The notes under the pieces: generated by a model
What the model saw: only the letters and a program-made list of their open reading frames with translations
What the model was told of the DNA's origin: nothing
The model's database searches: none
In this document: piece by piece, positions 28,367 to 43,352 of the stretch
Layout: the number at the start of each line of letters is the position of its first letter
Numbering within the stretch: position 1 is the stretch's first letter
Source: Vicugna vicugna
Lineage: Eukaryota
Direction of reading: 5' to 3'
Assembly: GCA_013265495.1 (NCBI GenBank)
Contig: MU057640.1
Location: 1,869,303 to 1,933,302, forward strand
Length of the DNA: 64,000 nucleotides
Made by a program: the position numbers and the translations under genes

Positions 28367-31072
28367 AAAACTTCAAGAGACTGAGTTATGATCACAGTAA
28401 GTTTAAAAGAGAACTTCAGATAATTTAGCTCTTTAATTCTGGGTTAGTGATACAATCATTCAATTAAGTTTAAACATTTACTGAGTGCCTAAGGGCAACT
28501 CATGCATAAGGCACAGATATCCTAAGACATTTTAGACAGCTGTGGTCTGAACTATTCCGAAAAAAATCACAAAGAAAACAAAATACACACCTCCTACCTG
28601 AGGAGTTACTTCCCATTTATTTCAATGAGTTAAGGAAAATCCTACACATTCTATTATGAATTATATTAATGCACTAATTTTTTAAATGAGGGTGTTAAAA
28701 CAATAGACTAACAGGTTGTTTTACTCTGTGAAGGAAAACAAGGGAAGTATTAAAGGCACTAATATACTTTCAGGATGACTGGGTTACACAAAAGAGCATA
28801 ACATGGCAAGGTAAGAGGTGAGGGTTGTTCATATTCTATTCCAAAAATTGGAAAGTTATGAGCAAAACTATGTATAGAAAAAGATGCATGCCACTTAAAA
28901 GTGACATGAATGATACAGCTGACTGCTTAGTGAAAGGATTCATGGGTGGTAAATTACTTTCTAGTTGTTATATCTTGCTATGGCTAGCCTCTTGCGATAG
29001 CTCAATTACTATTAAATGAATGAATAAAATTTCAGACAGAAGAAATTTCTCAAGAAAGGTGTTGTTTTCAGTGAAGAGTGTCTATTGCAGGAAAGAAGGG
29101 ATAAATCTGGGAAGATAATAAAAGTAAACGTGTTTTGGTATCACAAATTAATCAGAAGCAAGTTGTTTAAGCAAACATTTTAAAGAAAGAAAGATGAAAG
29201 TATGAAACAAATACATATACATACCTCAGAAAATTTAAAAAACATACGCAAACATTCTGAAATACACTGAAATATTCTTCAAGGTAAAAATTATCTTACT
29301 TAAAAATAAAGTTACTACATGAAGAAATGAGTATTTCAGTGATTTTGCAAAAACAGTTTTAAAGGAAGTATTTTAGTCTAGGCATTAAATCTATTTTATC
29401 TCAACAGCTTTTCCCTTTCTTTCCATGTCAGCCAAGAACAATGCTAACATCAGCGTGCAAGGATTTTATTCTAATATGGAAACAAATGCTTATAAGAATC
29501 CATGGCACAACTTCTAAGCATTCATTCTGAATTAATTTCCATCTATGAAAATATTTTAAGGGACACTCTAGTTTTTGATACGCAAATCAACAAGTAAAAA
29601 AACAAACTTATCAGCTGTGTCTTGACTTAAAGAATTTACATATGCTTATTGATACTTTCCATAATCCCAGGCAGCCAAACAAATGTCGCTGGGTAGATGA
29701 AGTTAAATGATACTCTGGACTCATTACACAGGACAGCTCCTAAATGATATAGTTTAAGGATTACTTACTTTCATAGGTGGTACCTAATTTCTTTGAATCC
29801 TTTGTATATTGTCTGAAAGACAGACCTCTCCTGGAAAACTGTACTCAGAAACAATTTTGAATATATTTTCAGGAGATTCACTCAGTCAGAGGTCATTAGT
29901 GAAGAACATACATTTCAAGTGACATATATGAAAAGGAAAGCATCCTTATAAGTGATTAAAAGGCATCAGTGTCTTGGTTCTCATAGTAAATCTACATACA
30001 AAGCATTTTTACACAACCAAGCTTGTTAGGGTCTGATCATTAACTGTGAGACAGGCTGAAACAGTTACTATTACTGTTTTACAACTGAGGCACAGGTTTA
30101 ATGGCTTGACAGACTGTCCACTTAGAAATTAGAGGTAGTATTAAAATGTAACTGTTAGATTCCCTATCTAGAACGTTACTGCTGCTAGAAAGAATGGGTT
30201 GATTTGGGAATTCTATACATAAACCCTTATTTGCCTCATCAATAAAATACCTTTTTTCTTGATACTGTTTTAAGAGACCATAATTTTTCCAAGTAACTGA
30301 AGCAGCCAAACCTGTTTACTACACAATGAGCATTCATCTATGCAGTTGCATGTCTAAACTTTCTACTCAGTATAGACTAAATAGAATATAATCTTTCCCT
30401 AATGTATCTGGGTTAGTCACAAATACATTTATTAGAGCATTATACTTAATACAGCATTAAGCTATGATACAATGATGTCCCTGAACATATTAAAAGAGAT
30501 AATTTGCCCCTGCATTTAATGGCCCCCCCACCATTGTTTTTTTGCTCTGGTTTGTATGGTTATTCCAGCTTCTGAAGAGTTAGCAGTGGATTTCTTCCGC
30601 TGTCATCACTTTGCCTCTACAAACACCCTACCCTTGCTACTAATTTCCTTCTTCTAACTTACCATGTGGAATGGAAAATCAAAAAATCAAGTTCATTAGA
30701 ATTTAGAGTCCCTCTATTTAGTAAAATACAAAAGCTTTAATTCACATATTCTTGTCTGTCCAGTCATCTTTGTCTTTTCTTCCAATGATATTTAGGATCA
30801 GAATAACCAAAATAAACCTTCAGTTTACACATATGGCACAAATACTTATGAATTGTTTTTCAAAGAGATTTGGCTTTTCTTTAAATAAAGCAAAACTCCC
30901 TCAACAAAAGAATATCTTTGGTTCCCAACACAAAAATATTATATAATAGGATCCTATTTGATGCTCACAGAATGGTGACCCAAACATTACATTCAAAATA
31001 ATTTTCTCAAACAGAAAAACAGAAGTTAAGAAATTCAGAAAAAATACCAAGAATAATACAGCAAATATAAAC

Positions 31073-31099
31073 CTTTCCATTCTGGTTGTTCTTTATTGT
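31073..31099 (-). CDS. Candidate 27-nt microexon in intron 6: DNKEQPEWK
   Basis: tgcatggttcaacag|ACAATAAAGAACAACCAGAATGGAAAG|gtttat. Symmetric phase 1, open frame, purine-rich. Confidence 0.5.
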
Positions 31100-31669
31100 C
31101 TGTTGAACCATGCAGTAAACAAGTTTAAGTGACCCAAAAGAAAATAGGATACTTTTCTATCATATGCAACTTGCCTGTACTTTTTTATTCTTAAAATATT
31201 TAGTCATAAGTTATTAATGATACACTTTGTAATTATTACAGAAAAAGTAAAAACAAGAGATCAACAAAAGAAAATGCCTGAGTCTGAATCTAAAACATTT
31301 TCCTGCCTAAGCACACACAGAACATTACCGATGATATCCAACTTTAACCAAAATTCTTGATTAACGGTGAGAAATCCTATGACAACAATCACTTGTTCTA
31401 TGACTGAATATCAAAAGATAAATTACATGACATATTGCTACCAAAATAAGATTAAAATCCATATTACTAGATTAGATGTCAATAAAAATGTTTTTCTTTT
31501 TGGTATTATGTAAGGAATTAGGAATTCAGGGGTTTTTATTTTTTACTATATTGAGTTTCACAATGGCACAGAGTATTTCTAATCTATTTCTATATTTAAT
31601 CATTCTCTTCAACTTTAAGGACAGGATACATTTGAGTAGCCTAACAAACTGGTCTGTAAAAGAGAAACA

Positions 31670-31900
31670 GCAGCACTATTAAGCATTTACTATGTGCCAG
31701 GCACTGTCGGGAGCATTTTACATCAATTAACCCCTATATTCCTCACAAAACCCCCATGAGACGGATACTATTATCATCCCCACTTTAAGATGCAGAAGCT
31801 AGGGTTCAAAGAAGGGAAGCAGCTTTCCCAGAGTCAGGACTATAGCTGAGCCCAAATACTAACACAGCTGTCATGACTCCGTGTCACTGTATTAGACAAC
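31670..31900 (-). mobile_element. MIR SINE
   Basis: gcatttactatgtgccaggcactgt...ctattatcatccccactttaagatgcagaagct. Confidence 0.8.
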
Positions 31901-34222
31901 CTCCTATTTTAGAGTATTTCATTCTAGTACTTTAAAGTACATTTCCTAGTTCCATTCTTCCATACTACCAATACCATTCAGCTTAAAGACAAGACAAAAA
32001 GAAACCATGAGAGAACTCATCAACATATTCAAGTTCATAGTTCATTAGGATGAAGTCTATTTACGGATTAAGTATAGGCATATGAATGGTCAAGCAGTAT
32101 CCTGTGCTGTGTTGACACATTTCAGGAGTACAATATATAAAGTAAAACAGACAGCCAAGAAAAATTTCTCCTAAATTGCCAAAAGGACTAATAGCATTCA
32201 TATAACATTTACTACCTATTTGAGATTCTATATAATTTTAAAATAATGAAAACCAAAGTATATCCCCTCCCACACCTCCAACCTTCCAAAAGGCCCAAAG
32301 AAGACCCTAATAAAATGTGAAACCAACCAAATATAAACCCAATATATTAAGCAGTTTAGTTTTGCTCTTATTCTAAATACAATGATGCTCAAACAAAAAT
32401 AGCCTTGAAAATACCCTCCTTTGGCAAAAAAGATGTTTTTGAAAAGCCCACGGATGATTACATTTATTCCTTCTAAAGCGCATGGAAATTTTCAGTTCAT
32501 TATTAATCGATAGTTGATGGCTGGTTTATTTGTTTGTTTTAAAAATAAGAACACAAACAAAAGAAATGAAAAGCTGGAATCCAGAAAAATGAGGGCTCAT
32601 ATTAGTCAAAGATCTGCACTCAGAAGCAAGTTAAGACCTTTCATATAACTTTTCCTAAAAAACAGAACCCCCTACATTCCCTACAGAAAGGAAATGACAT
32701 TTTAAATACAAAGACGTAAGATTTACTAGAGCTCTTATATATATTTTAGTATTTAAATTTCAACAATATTTAGAAAGACAGTATTTTTCTATCATTACGT
32801 ATTAACTTAAAATTGATTTTAATGATGACTTTAATAAAAACTAAGCTGTAATTTAAACCCAATGATTTCTTGAATACTGTGAACATATCTGATATGATCT
32901 GTGTGGGAAATCACTTAGAGCATTTCAGACCTTTAATAAAAAACAGAATGACAGCCACATCAGACTTGAGGGAATTTAATTACTATATTGTTACCAAATG
33001 GTTATAATCACTTCAAATATAATTAGTTCTCAATATTTAGGTTTGATAGACTGTTTCCTTCTTTAGGTACCAAAGATGTCTTTTTTTTCACATTCCCAAT
33101 AGAAATTAATCTTTGTTAGGACCTATACCGAAAGAGAAACAAGAGAAATGTTTACCACATTATAGATTTTTAAAATACTGTGGGTGAAATTAGAATTCTT
33201 TGGGGGAAAAATCACATTCCTTATGTTTCAGAATGTTTGTAAAAACAAAAATTCAGCTTAACTTTTCATAACAGATTGAACGTTACTACCGCAATAGACT
33301 ATAATCTTTGAAACTAAAGATATAAGCTTTATTAAAGGATATGGGGTAGAGGATAAAGAAGCCACATGCTAGCAACAGAAGACTTCATTCTTCTAAGTCT
33401 ACTGAAGAATAAGATTCCACATTAACCAAAACAGAATAAACAAACTATTCTGGGCAGGAGGAAGTACCAAGAAACAACTCTGAAATAAAGAAAATGGCTA
33501 ATACACAATGACAATATAAAATCACCTGTCAAGTTTCGCATAATTTCCCATAAACCTGAATAAACTATTACTTTAACCAAAACACCATCACTGTTATTAT
33601 AGGAAGCATCATATATCTACTAATGGATAATAAATGCCAATATAAACTACACGTATCAATTTAATAAACTTTTATGTGAAGTTACAGAAAAAAATAAAAA
33701 GTTTTTAATGCCTGAAACTTGAGTAAGCAAGAAGTAAAGAGACAACAAAAAAGAGCCACAAGTTTTCAAAGTACACAGTCAGAGCTAAAGCAATATTTGA
33801 AAAAATCTTATATAACAGGTTGAATGATCTAATTCCAAAAGTTCAGTGGCACATCGGGTATAAGAGCTAGCTAAAAATGGCTCAGTGCCCTAATAAAATT
33901 CTACATTTTGTTGCTGCTGTGGTTGTACAGTGGAAGAAGGCGGCCAATTTTTTGTTATTCCTGGTAAAACATTAACAGGCAACTGGCTCAGGAGAGGTGA
34001 ATGCCATCGAGAACAATTCGATACATTTAAATAACAACTGACAAAACATTTTCTTGGTGTTTACACCAAAACCTTTTCTAAGATAAGCATCTCCCTCTTC
34101 ATGGAAGTTTATTTTAACAACACAGTAGAAGAGGGATATTAACACACAGTATACTTTAGTAAGGATTCTACTCAGTAGTACCAAAACCTGCAGTGACTCT
34201 CTGGGAAATCGCCTGTAATTTA

Positions 34223-35968
<1,746 letters not shown>

Positions 35969-36224
35969 CTATAATCTGTTTTTCTACTGTTTAACAATGG
36001 GAAGAATTCACAGCATACAGTAAATCAAGCATAAAGAATTCTCAAGTAGCTCACTGAATAACAGCTGGCCATTCATTCCAAAGGGCTGGTTTCTATTTCA
36101 CAGCTATACAAAGAAAGCATTCTGCTAATGGAATGAACTGAAGTTTAAATCATCAAATAGTCTAAGAAATTGTTCTATAAACTATCAACAATCAAATAAG
36201 AGGCAATAAAGAATTATATTAAAA

Positions 36225-36442
36225 TGGACCTGGATTTCTATGCGAGTTCTATCTCTAACTTAATAACTGAGTAATCTTGGGTGACCTTTCTAAGCCTGTT
36301 TCCTCATCTATAAAATGTGGTATCAATCTCACTGAGTACAATCTATTTCTAGAAATATGTACTAAAGGATAAAATCTGAGTTAATGACAGACACTGCTTA
36401 ATACAATGCCTGGTACAATTACTGGTAGCTATCATTATTTTA
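36225..36442 (+). mobile_element. MIR SINE carrying a 37-bp foreign patch
   Basis: ctaagcctgtttcctcatctataaaatg core and a tgcctggtaca...gctatcattatt end. Confidence 0.75.
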
Positions 36443-37309
36443 TCTAGCAAAATAAAAAAATCTTTTTGAAAAACTGGTATCATTGTTTTACAAATCCACA
36501 AAAACCTAGAGTAATCAGAAACAAGCAAAAAAAAAGGCTGACCAATGCCCAAACAAGATATGATATAATGATCTAAAATATTTTACTGTTCATAATGGTT
36601 GAAAAAATTAAAGCCATAATTACAGCATAAAATAATGCATTTTATCTTTCATCATTGATGCAACAATTATAAAATGCTTCATGAAAAAAATATAACCCCC
36701 TTTACTTGTAGGACTATTCCTTTAAACCTCTAGTTTTGGCAGTGATTAGTTACTTGAGCTACTATATATACTCTATACAAATATAAGTACAGATATAAAT
36801 AAATCCATCTATCCAACTACCTACATTGTAATTTATCTTGAAATAAAGCTTGACAACCAAATTGCAAAACAGCGGACTTTTTACATACATATAAGGATGG
36901 TTATATCTGCAACTGTTAGTTCAATAAAAACAAATATTATTGTCTTATCTGTCATAACTACATAGGAAAAATCCAATAACAGATTCTATAGTAAGTCAGA
37001 TTCTTTCCAGTAGAGGTATCTTAAATAATAAAAATACAGATTTTCCCCTAAGATTAATATAAAATAAGGATGAACTACTAGAAATATTTATGCACTTTAA
37101 AAAAAACTAAATGTAGATTAGATTTAAATAATTAAAAACTAGAATGTACCATACAGATTGTGATTTATAAATGACGCCACTCGGCTTTATCTCATGTTTT
37201 GAAGTCCTCAAGATAAGTGAATCCAATGTTCTTTTCATTTGTCCAAAACTGAGTCACTGTACTTGGGTTCTTATAGTCTCTAAAAACCCAAATTAAAAAG
37301 TCAGCACTG

Positions 37310-37450
37310 ATGACTGGGGTATTGTACTGTACAACAGGAACTGACACATTGTAACTGACTATATATACTTCAATTAAAAGAAAAAAAAGAATCAATGAAA
37401 TTAGTTGCCTGGAAAAAAATAATAAAAATAAATAAATAAATATATTTTTT
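37310..37450 (+). mobile_element. Very short L1 3' end insertion with two A-tails
   Basis: ctgtacaacaggaactgacacattgtaactgactat..cttcaattaaaa matches L1 ends elsewhere in the window. TSD aagtcagcactg at 37298-37309 and 37451-37462. Confidence 0.85.
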
Positions 37451-37759
37451 AAGTCAGCACTGTGTTTGCTTTTCTGTAGTATTAATTTATAACACTATTT
37501 CTAAAAACTCTCAATACATATCTCTAATAAGCAATCATGGAATGGTGCAATATTCACATTTAAAGATACGAATTTTATTTTAAAAAAAACTCTAAGCAAG
37601 AAGTTAAAAGTCACTAATTCTAATATACAACAAAAGGCTTTAAAACGATAATAATGATCAACTTCAGGAGGTTTTAGGAAATTTTCAAATAAATATGCTT
37701 TCTTATACATTTCTTACCGGTCGTAGCAATATAATCTAAGACAGGCTCTAATCAACCCA

Positions 37760-38725
37760 GAGGGATACTATTTTTCATCTAATTAAACTTCTTTTTCAAT
37801 GACTGCTACCAGTGCTGTTCAGGATAAGAAAGGTATCTCACATATCATGGTGGTACAAATTGATGTAACCAACCTTCTGCAAAAGAAATCTGGCAAATAG
37901 AGCCAAAAGCCTTCAAAAAGTACACTTACCCTTTGATCAGTAATCTATTTCTAGAAATATGTGCTAAAGGATAAAATCAGATATGCCTACAAGGTTTTTA
38001 GCAAAAAGTTGTTCATCTCAGGTTGTTACAAAACTTCTTAAAAATAAAAGTACAAAAATGTCCCAAAAAAGAGGTTGAATAAATAATGCTGTCTTATTTT
38101 TAGTGTCATGAAGGCACTCAAAATGTTTCAAAGGTTATATAATATAAGAAAATACTTAAGTGAAAAAAAATGGCACTCCATAAAAAATGTGATTCCAGTT
38201 TGTCAGAGTTAAAAAGGATAGTAGGGGTGTATGTGCATACATTTGTAGAAAAATAATACATCATATTTAGCCATAAAAAGGAATAAAGTCCTGATATATA
38301 CCACAGCATGCTAAGTGAAAGAAGCTAGATCTAAAAAGCCACATACTATGTAACTCCATTTATATGAAATGTCCAGAATAGGCAAATGCATAGCAATGGA
38401 AGATGGATTAGTGGTTGCCAGGGGCTGGTTGGAGGAGGAAATGGGGAGTATAATGAGTATGAGATCCTTTTTGGGGAGAATGAAAATGTTCTGGAATTGG
38501 ATGGCAGTCGTGGGTGCACAAATCTGTGAATATTAAAAACCACTGAACTGTACACTTTAGAAGGGTGAATTTTATGCTTTGTGAATGATGTCACAATACA
38601 AAGGGGAAAGTGATACGCCAAAAAAAAATTACCAACAGTTATCTCAGTGGCAGAAGTGTTTAATTTTAATTTTCTTCTTCATACTAAACTGTATTTTCCA
38701 AAATTAACATGTATTACTTTTATAA
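37760..38725 (+). mobile_element. Old L1M fragments, including an L1MB-like 3' UTR at about 38265-38600
   Basis: gctaagtgaaagaagc...ccatttatatgaaatgtccagaataggcaaat...ccactgaactgtacacttta. Confidence 0.8.
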
Positions 38726-38744
38726 ACAAAAATCATACTTCCCT

Positions 38745-40610
38745 CCTCTTCTAGATCATTCTCATCAGTTATAAAAAAAAACAAGCTGTTATTTCTCTTA
38801 CATATTCTTACAAAATCAAATTTCCCCTCTATCCTCACTTCCCCTGCTAGCTATCACCTTACATCTCTCATCTCCTTTACAGAAATTCACCGAGTAGTCT
38901 ATATTCACTGTTTTCAGTTCTTCTCCTTTTACATGTATTCTAATCTGACTCCATGAAAAAGCTTACCAAGGTTACCAACAAGCTCTACACTGTTAAAGCC
39001 AACGGTCAAGTCTCAGTCTCACATAACCTGACCTATCAACCAGCAACACGTGACAAAGCTGATCACTCCACTCTCCCTGAAATGCTGGGGTCCCTGGGAT
39101 CCAACACTTCTACTTGACTAGCTGCTCTTAGTCTCCTGGATTTATTACACTGGAGTGGCTCAGAGCTCAAGAGTTTGACCTGCTCATTTTTCTTTCATAC
39201 TATCTTTTGTTGTAGGTCTCATCGAATTTTCTGGCCTCATAATAACTAAAACTTGGAGATAGCTGTGATCTTCGGTAGGGAAGATGTGAGTGAGGCTGGA
39301 GAGGGAAACTGCAGATAATACCTCTTAGAAGAGAAAAAGTAGAGGATACACCCCCACATCCTCAGTTTTCTCCCAATCATCCTGAATCACATTGGTAAAA
39401 CAAGTGCCAACTAGTCAACTAATTGCTAAGCAACTAACTAAAGGTCACTGTCCTGTAAATGCAAACCAGCCAGAAAGTCAGAAGAGCCCCCACTGATAGT
39501 CAAGCCAGAATAAATGACAGCCACTAGGTGGTGCCAAACAGTAGCCAAAACTCTACCTGTTTGGGTCAGGGATTCAGGCTACAGAAACTCCAGGCCAAGT
39601 AATCACATTGGCTCTCCCTGTTAGTTTACCAATTTCAAGTTAACCCAACCCCACAATTGACATATTGATTCTTTTTTTTTTTTTTGAATTTGTAAACTGA
39701 AAACTTCTAAATTTAAAACCTCAACCCAGATTTCTCACTTGAAATCCAGACCTTAATTATCTACTAATTATTGCTGCTTAGAAGTCTAGCAGCATCTCAT
39801 ACCTGGTATGCCCAAACTGAACTCCCTCTCTTACCCTCCACCATGCTGTCCCCACCCTAAATCTGCTCCTTCTTGGCCTCCCCCCTTTCAGTTACCGGGG
39901 ACTCCTTTCCTCCCCAGTGCTTAACCCAAAAGAGTCATCCTTGACTGCTGCTTCTATCACATGATACATTCAAATACATCAACACATCCTCTCAGTAACA
40001 TCTGCCACACAGTCAGACCACTTCTATTCCAATTACTGCAATAACTTGCTCACTGAGCTCCCTGTGTCAGCCTTGCCTCTTTTAATATATTCTCAACACA
40101 GAAGCCAGAATGATTCTGTCAAAAAGTAACATAGATGATGTCACTTCTCTACTCAAAAACCCTTTAGCAGTTCCTCATCTCACTGGAAATTAAAAGCATA
40201 ATCTTTCAAATGGCTTATCGGCCTATATAATTTGGCCCCTCACCTACCCTGCATCAGACACGCTGTGTTCCTGCCTTAGAACTTTTGCCCGTGCTGTTAC
40301 CTCTGTGTGAGGCAGCCTCCTTCTCCCCAAATATCCTGACAACTCACTCTATCACTCCTGCAGGTCTTTGCTCTCAGCAAGGGTATCCCTCAAGCACTCT
40401 ATTTAAACTCACAATTCCCACAGTCCCCAGCCCTCCCTATCCTCTGTCTCTATCACTACATACACACTTATTTATAACAGTATGTTTCCATACTAACAGT
40501 ATGGAAGTCACATGAGGATAGGAATTTTTTTCTATTTATTCCCCAATTTATTTCTCGTACTTAGAACAGTAATAGGTACATGATGAGTACTCATAATAAT
40601 TGTTAAATGT
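38745..40610 (+). mobile_element. L2 LINE 3' region, interrupted at about 39235-39700
   Basis: ccaacggtcaagtctcagtc..., cccaaactgaactc, gtcatccttgact, aacacagaagccagaatgattc and the L2 3' end cttagaacagt..aggtacat. Confidence 0.75.
39518..39536 (+). promoter_or_regulatory. Putative CTCF binding motif
   Basis: cagCCACTAGGTGGTGCCa closely matches the CCASYAGRKGGCRS core (T instead of C at the CpG position). Confidence 0.4.
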
Positions 40611-40886
40611 TAAACACATGGAAAAAGATGCCATGATAAAAGCAAGTTATAAAACTACATGAAAGCAGTTTAGCACAGTGATTAAAAAAGCAGGATTTAG
40701 AACTAGATTTGAATTACAGGACTGTCACTTTGTAGCTGGGTGAATTTGGGCAAGTTTCTTATAACTCCACTCTAAGCCATAACATGCTCTCCTATAAAGT
40801 GAGAATAAAAATGGTATTTACTGCAAATGCTTGTCATGAAGATTAACTGAGTGAATGTGTATAAAGTGCTTAAAAGAAGACCTAAC

Positions 40887-41085
40887 CCAGGATTTGATAA
40901 AATGAGGCCTCCAGAGCCAAAGTGGCCCTCCGCCTGCTGTTCTAAGTACAGCTTTACTGTAATGCAGCCATTCCTGCTCATTTATATGTTGTTTACGGCT
41001 CCTTTCACACTACAACGGCAGAGCTGAGCAGCTGCGAGGGAGACACATGGCCCACAAGCTTTACAGAAGTGTGCCGCCCCTCTCC
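40887..41085. mobile_element. MER58-like hAT element nested in a MIR (about 40665-41125)
   Basis: ctcatttatatgttgtttacggctcctttcacactacaacggcagagctgagcagctgcga, in opposite orientation to the 7877 copy. Confidence 0.75.
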
Positions 41086-42383
41086 TGGGCAGTAGCACGC
41101 ACTCAGTGAGCATATACGTTGTTATCTCAGTCAATATGTATCTGCAAGGGTAGATCTGTGTGAATATAATTCCCAGCCTGCCAGATTACAACATTCTTGC
41201 TCGCACAAGGTGCTTTCCAGATGAAAACAGACATATGACCCCTAAGTCTAGTGGCACCAGCCCCTTTAAGATCATTACCTAGCTTTTGAGACACGCTGAT
41301 GATTATATATTATTAGTAGAAGGAATACTGTAATTCTCAAAAGTAATTAATTCACTTTCCTTTTTACAAGAAAATAGCTTCTATACCATAAAATATGTTT
41401 AGAAGTATTTTTAAGGGAGGGAGTAGTCGGATGTGAAGGGTGGTCCACAAAAGCAAATGAACAATGAATGGGTTCTGTACTTCCAAAAAAGCGAGTGACA
41501 GTGATAAACCTAAAATTCCAAGTACCAGTAACAAAACATGCTTGTAAGAATTGAGCCTGGGTAAAATACTAAATAGTACTAAATTAATGGGAAAATGTTT
41601 TAATTTAGCAATCTATCTGTAATCTCATAAATCAGTTTCATACTTAAATACAGGAAATTTATCAGCCTGCCTGTCTACCAAACATCACGCATAGCTAATA
41701 AAAACAACAGACTGGAAATAGGGAGACAAGTTTGTAATCCAATTCTGGCTTGTTGATTATATAATCTGCACTTGAAATGGGTATGACACAGCCCTCCTTT
41801 CATGTTTAAAAGTTAAAAATCAAATTTGAAAATATGGCAGTTCTTTAAAAAAAAAAAGGAACTCTATAAAATCCAAAAGACTCATTTATAATGGAATTGA
41901 GTAAGGAGAAAAAAATATCACTTAAAGCCAAAATTTCTATTAAAAATCTGCTACAGGAGGGCACCATGTTGGAGGCAGGCATAGTTTCTAAGTCCAACAG
42001 CAAGTTACTTCTCTCTGTCAAAAGACATTGTTGTTTCTGCGATTGGGCAACAATGCAGCAGCTGGCATTTAGAGGTCATACCGAATGGAAAAGAACAGTT
42101 TAACATACGAGGTTATCACTGAGCTAGGCAAGATTCTCTGACCAACAAAAGGAATAGCAGATTCTTATCTCCCATCTCATGTTCATTCTGGGGCATATGC
42201 TCAAAAAGTTTCTCTGTTTACTTGGCAGAATATGTATACAGGAATTTCAGAAAGCTAAAAGTACTTATAACTCTTACTGTTATCCTAGCAAGTCATTTTG
42301 TTCAATGTTTCTAAAAAAAACCATATCAAATTGTTATAAACTTCTGCCAAAATATGAGCAGCATACTGTACCAACTCACCCTA

Positions 42384-42614
<231 letters not shown>

Positions 42615-43306
42615 CTATTAACTACAGCAGTTTTTGTAAATCAAGGGTTATAATAATGGAAAATGCATTAAACTAATGAGCAGTATCATGGACTGTCAGG
42701 TCACATAATTATTCTCGTAGTGCTACAAACCAAATAATATGGAAAGCTCCATAACATTAGCTAATACAGCTATTTCTTTAAAAAGAGTAGTTTTAAAAAG
42801 GAAATGCAAATTATGTAATAACAACTTGAAACAACATAAAATTCCCTCCCAGAGAAAATTAGTAAGTTGTAAAATTACAGTGTGAAAAATAATAATGAAT
42901 TTAATTGAAATAGATGTATTGAATAAAAGGCATATATAGGAAAAAATTTTCCTTTTTTAGTGTCTTATTTGTGTTCAAAAGGTTTCACATTAAATTCCTT
43001 AGTTTTCCATGAACTTCACCAAAACCCATGAAAGTATTTTCCCTCAAGGAGGAACTTTCTCATAGATCAAAATTTAAAATTCATACAATGTAATGCAAAT
43101 TGTCATGTACTTTTATGAAATTTGGATGATGAAAGGGGAACATAATTTAAATCAAATGATTTTAATGTTAAGATATATAATTTTATCTACAAAGTAACTG
43201 AGAATTATTTTTCATTACACGTGAATAAATGATACTGTGTTACCTTTATTACGACCAAAACAGAAATTTAAAGTCAGAGGTAACTTTCAAGTTAGATCAC
43301 ATCTAC

Positions 43307-43352
43307 CTTTAATGGTTGTTGCTGTTCCAAGACGAGAGGAACCAGATCCAAT
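43307..43352 (-). CDS. PCNX1: PCNX1 exon 4 (46 nt, phase 0->1): IGSGSSRLGTATTIK(G)
   Basis: Acceptor gttttcag|ATT, donor AAG|gtagat. Bridges the exon 3 and exon 5 frames. Too short for the ORF track. Confidence 0.93.

Noticed and set aside
29657..29740. 84-nt open phase-1 segment in intron 6
   Set aside because: The donor (AAA|gtatca) is very weak and there is no other support.
30663..30713. Perfect donor ATG|gtaagt with a possible 51-nt exon
   Set aside because: In-frame TAA at the fourth codon and intron-like U-rich content. Cannot be told apart from a chance site.
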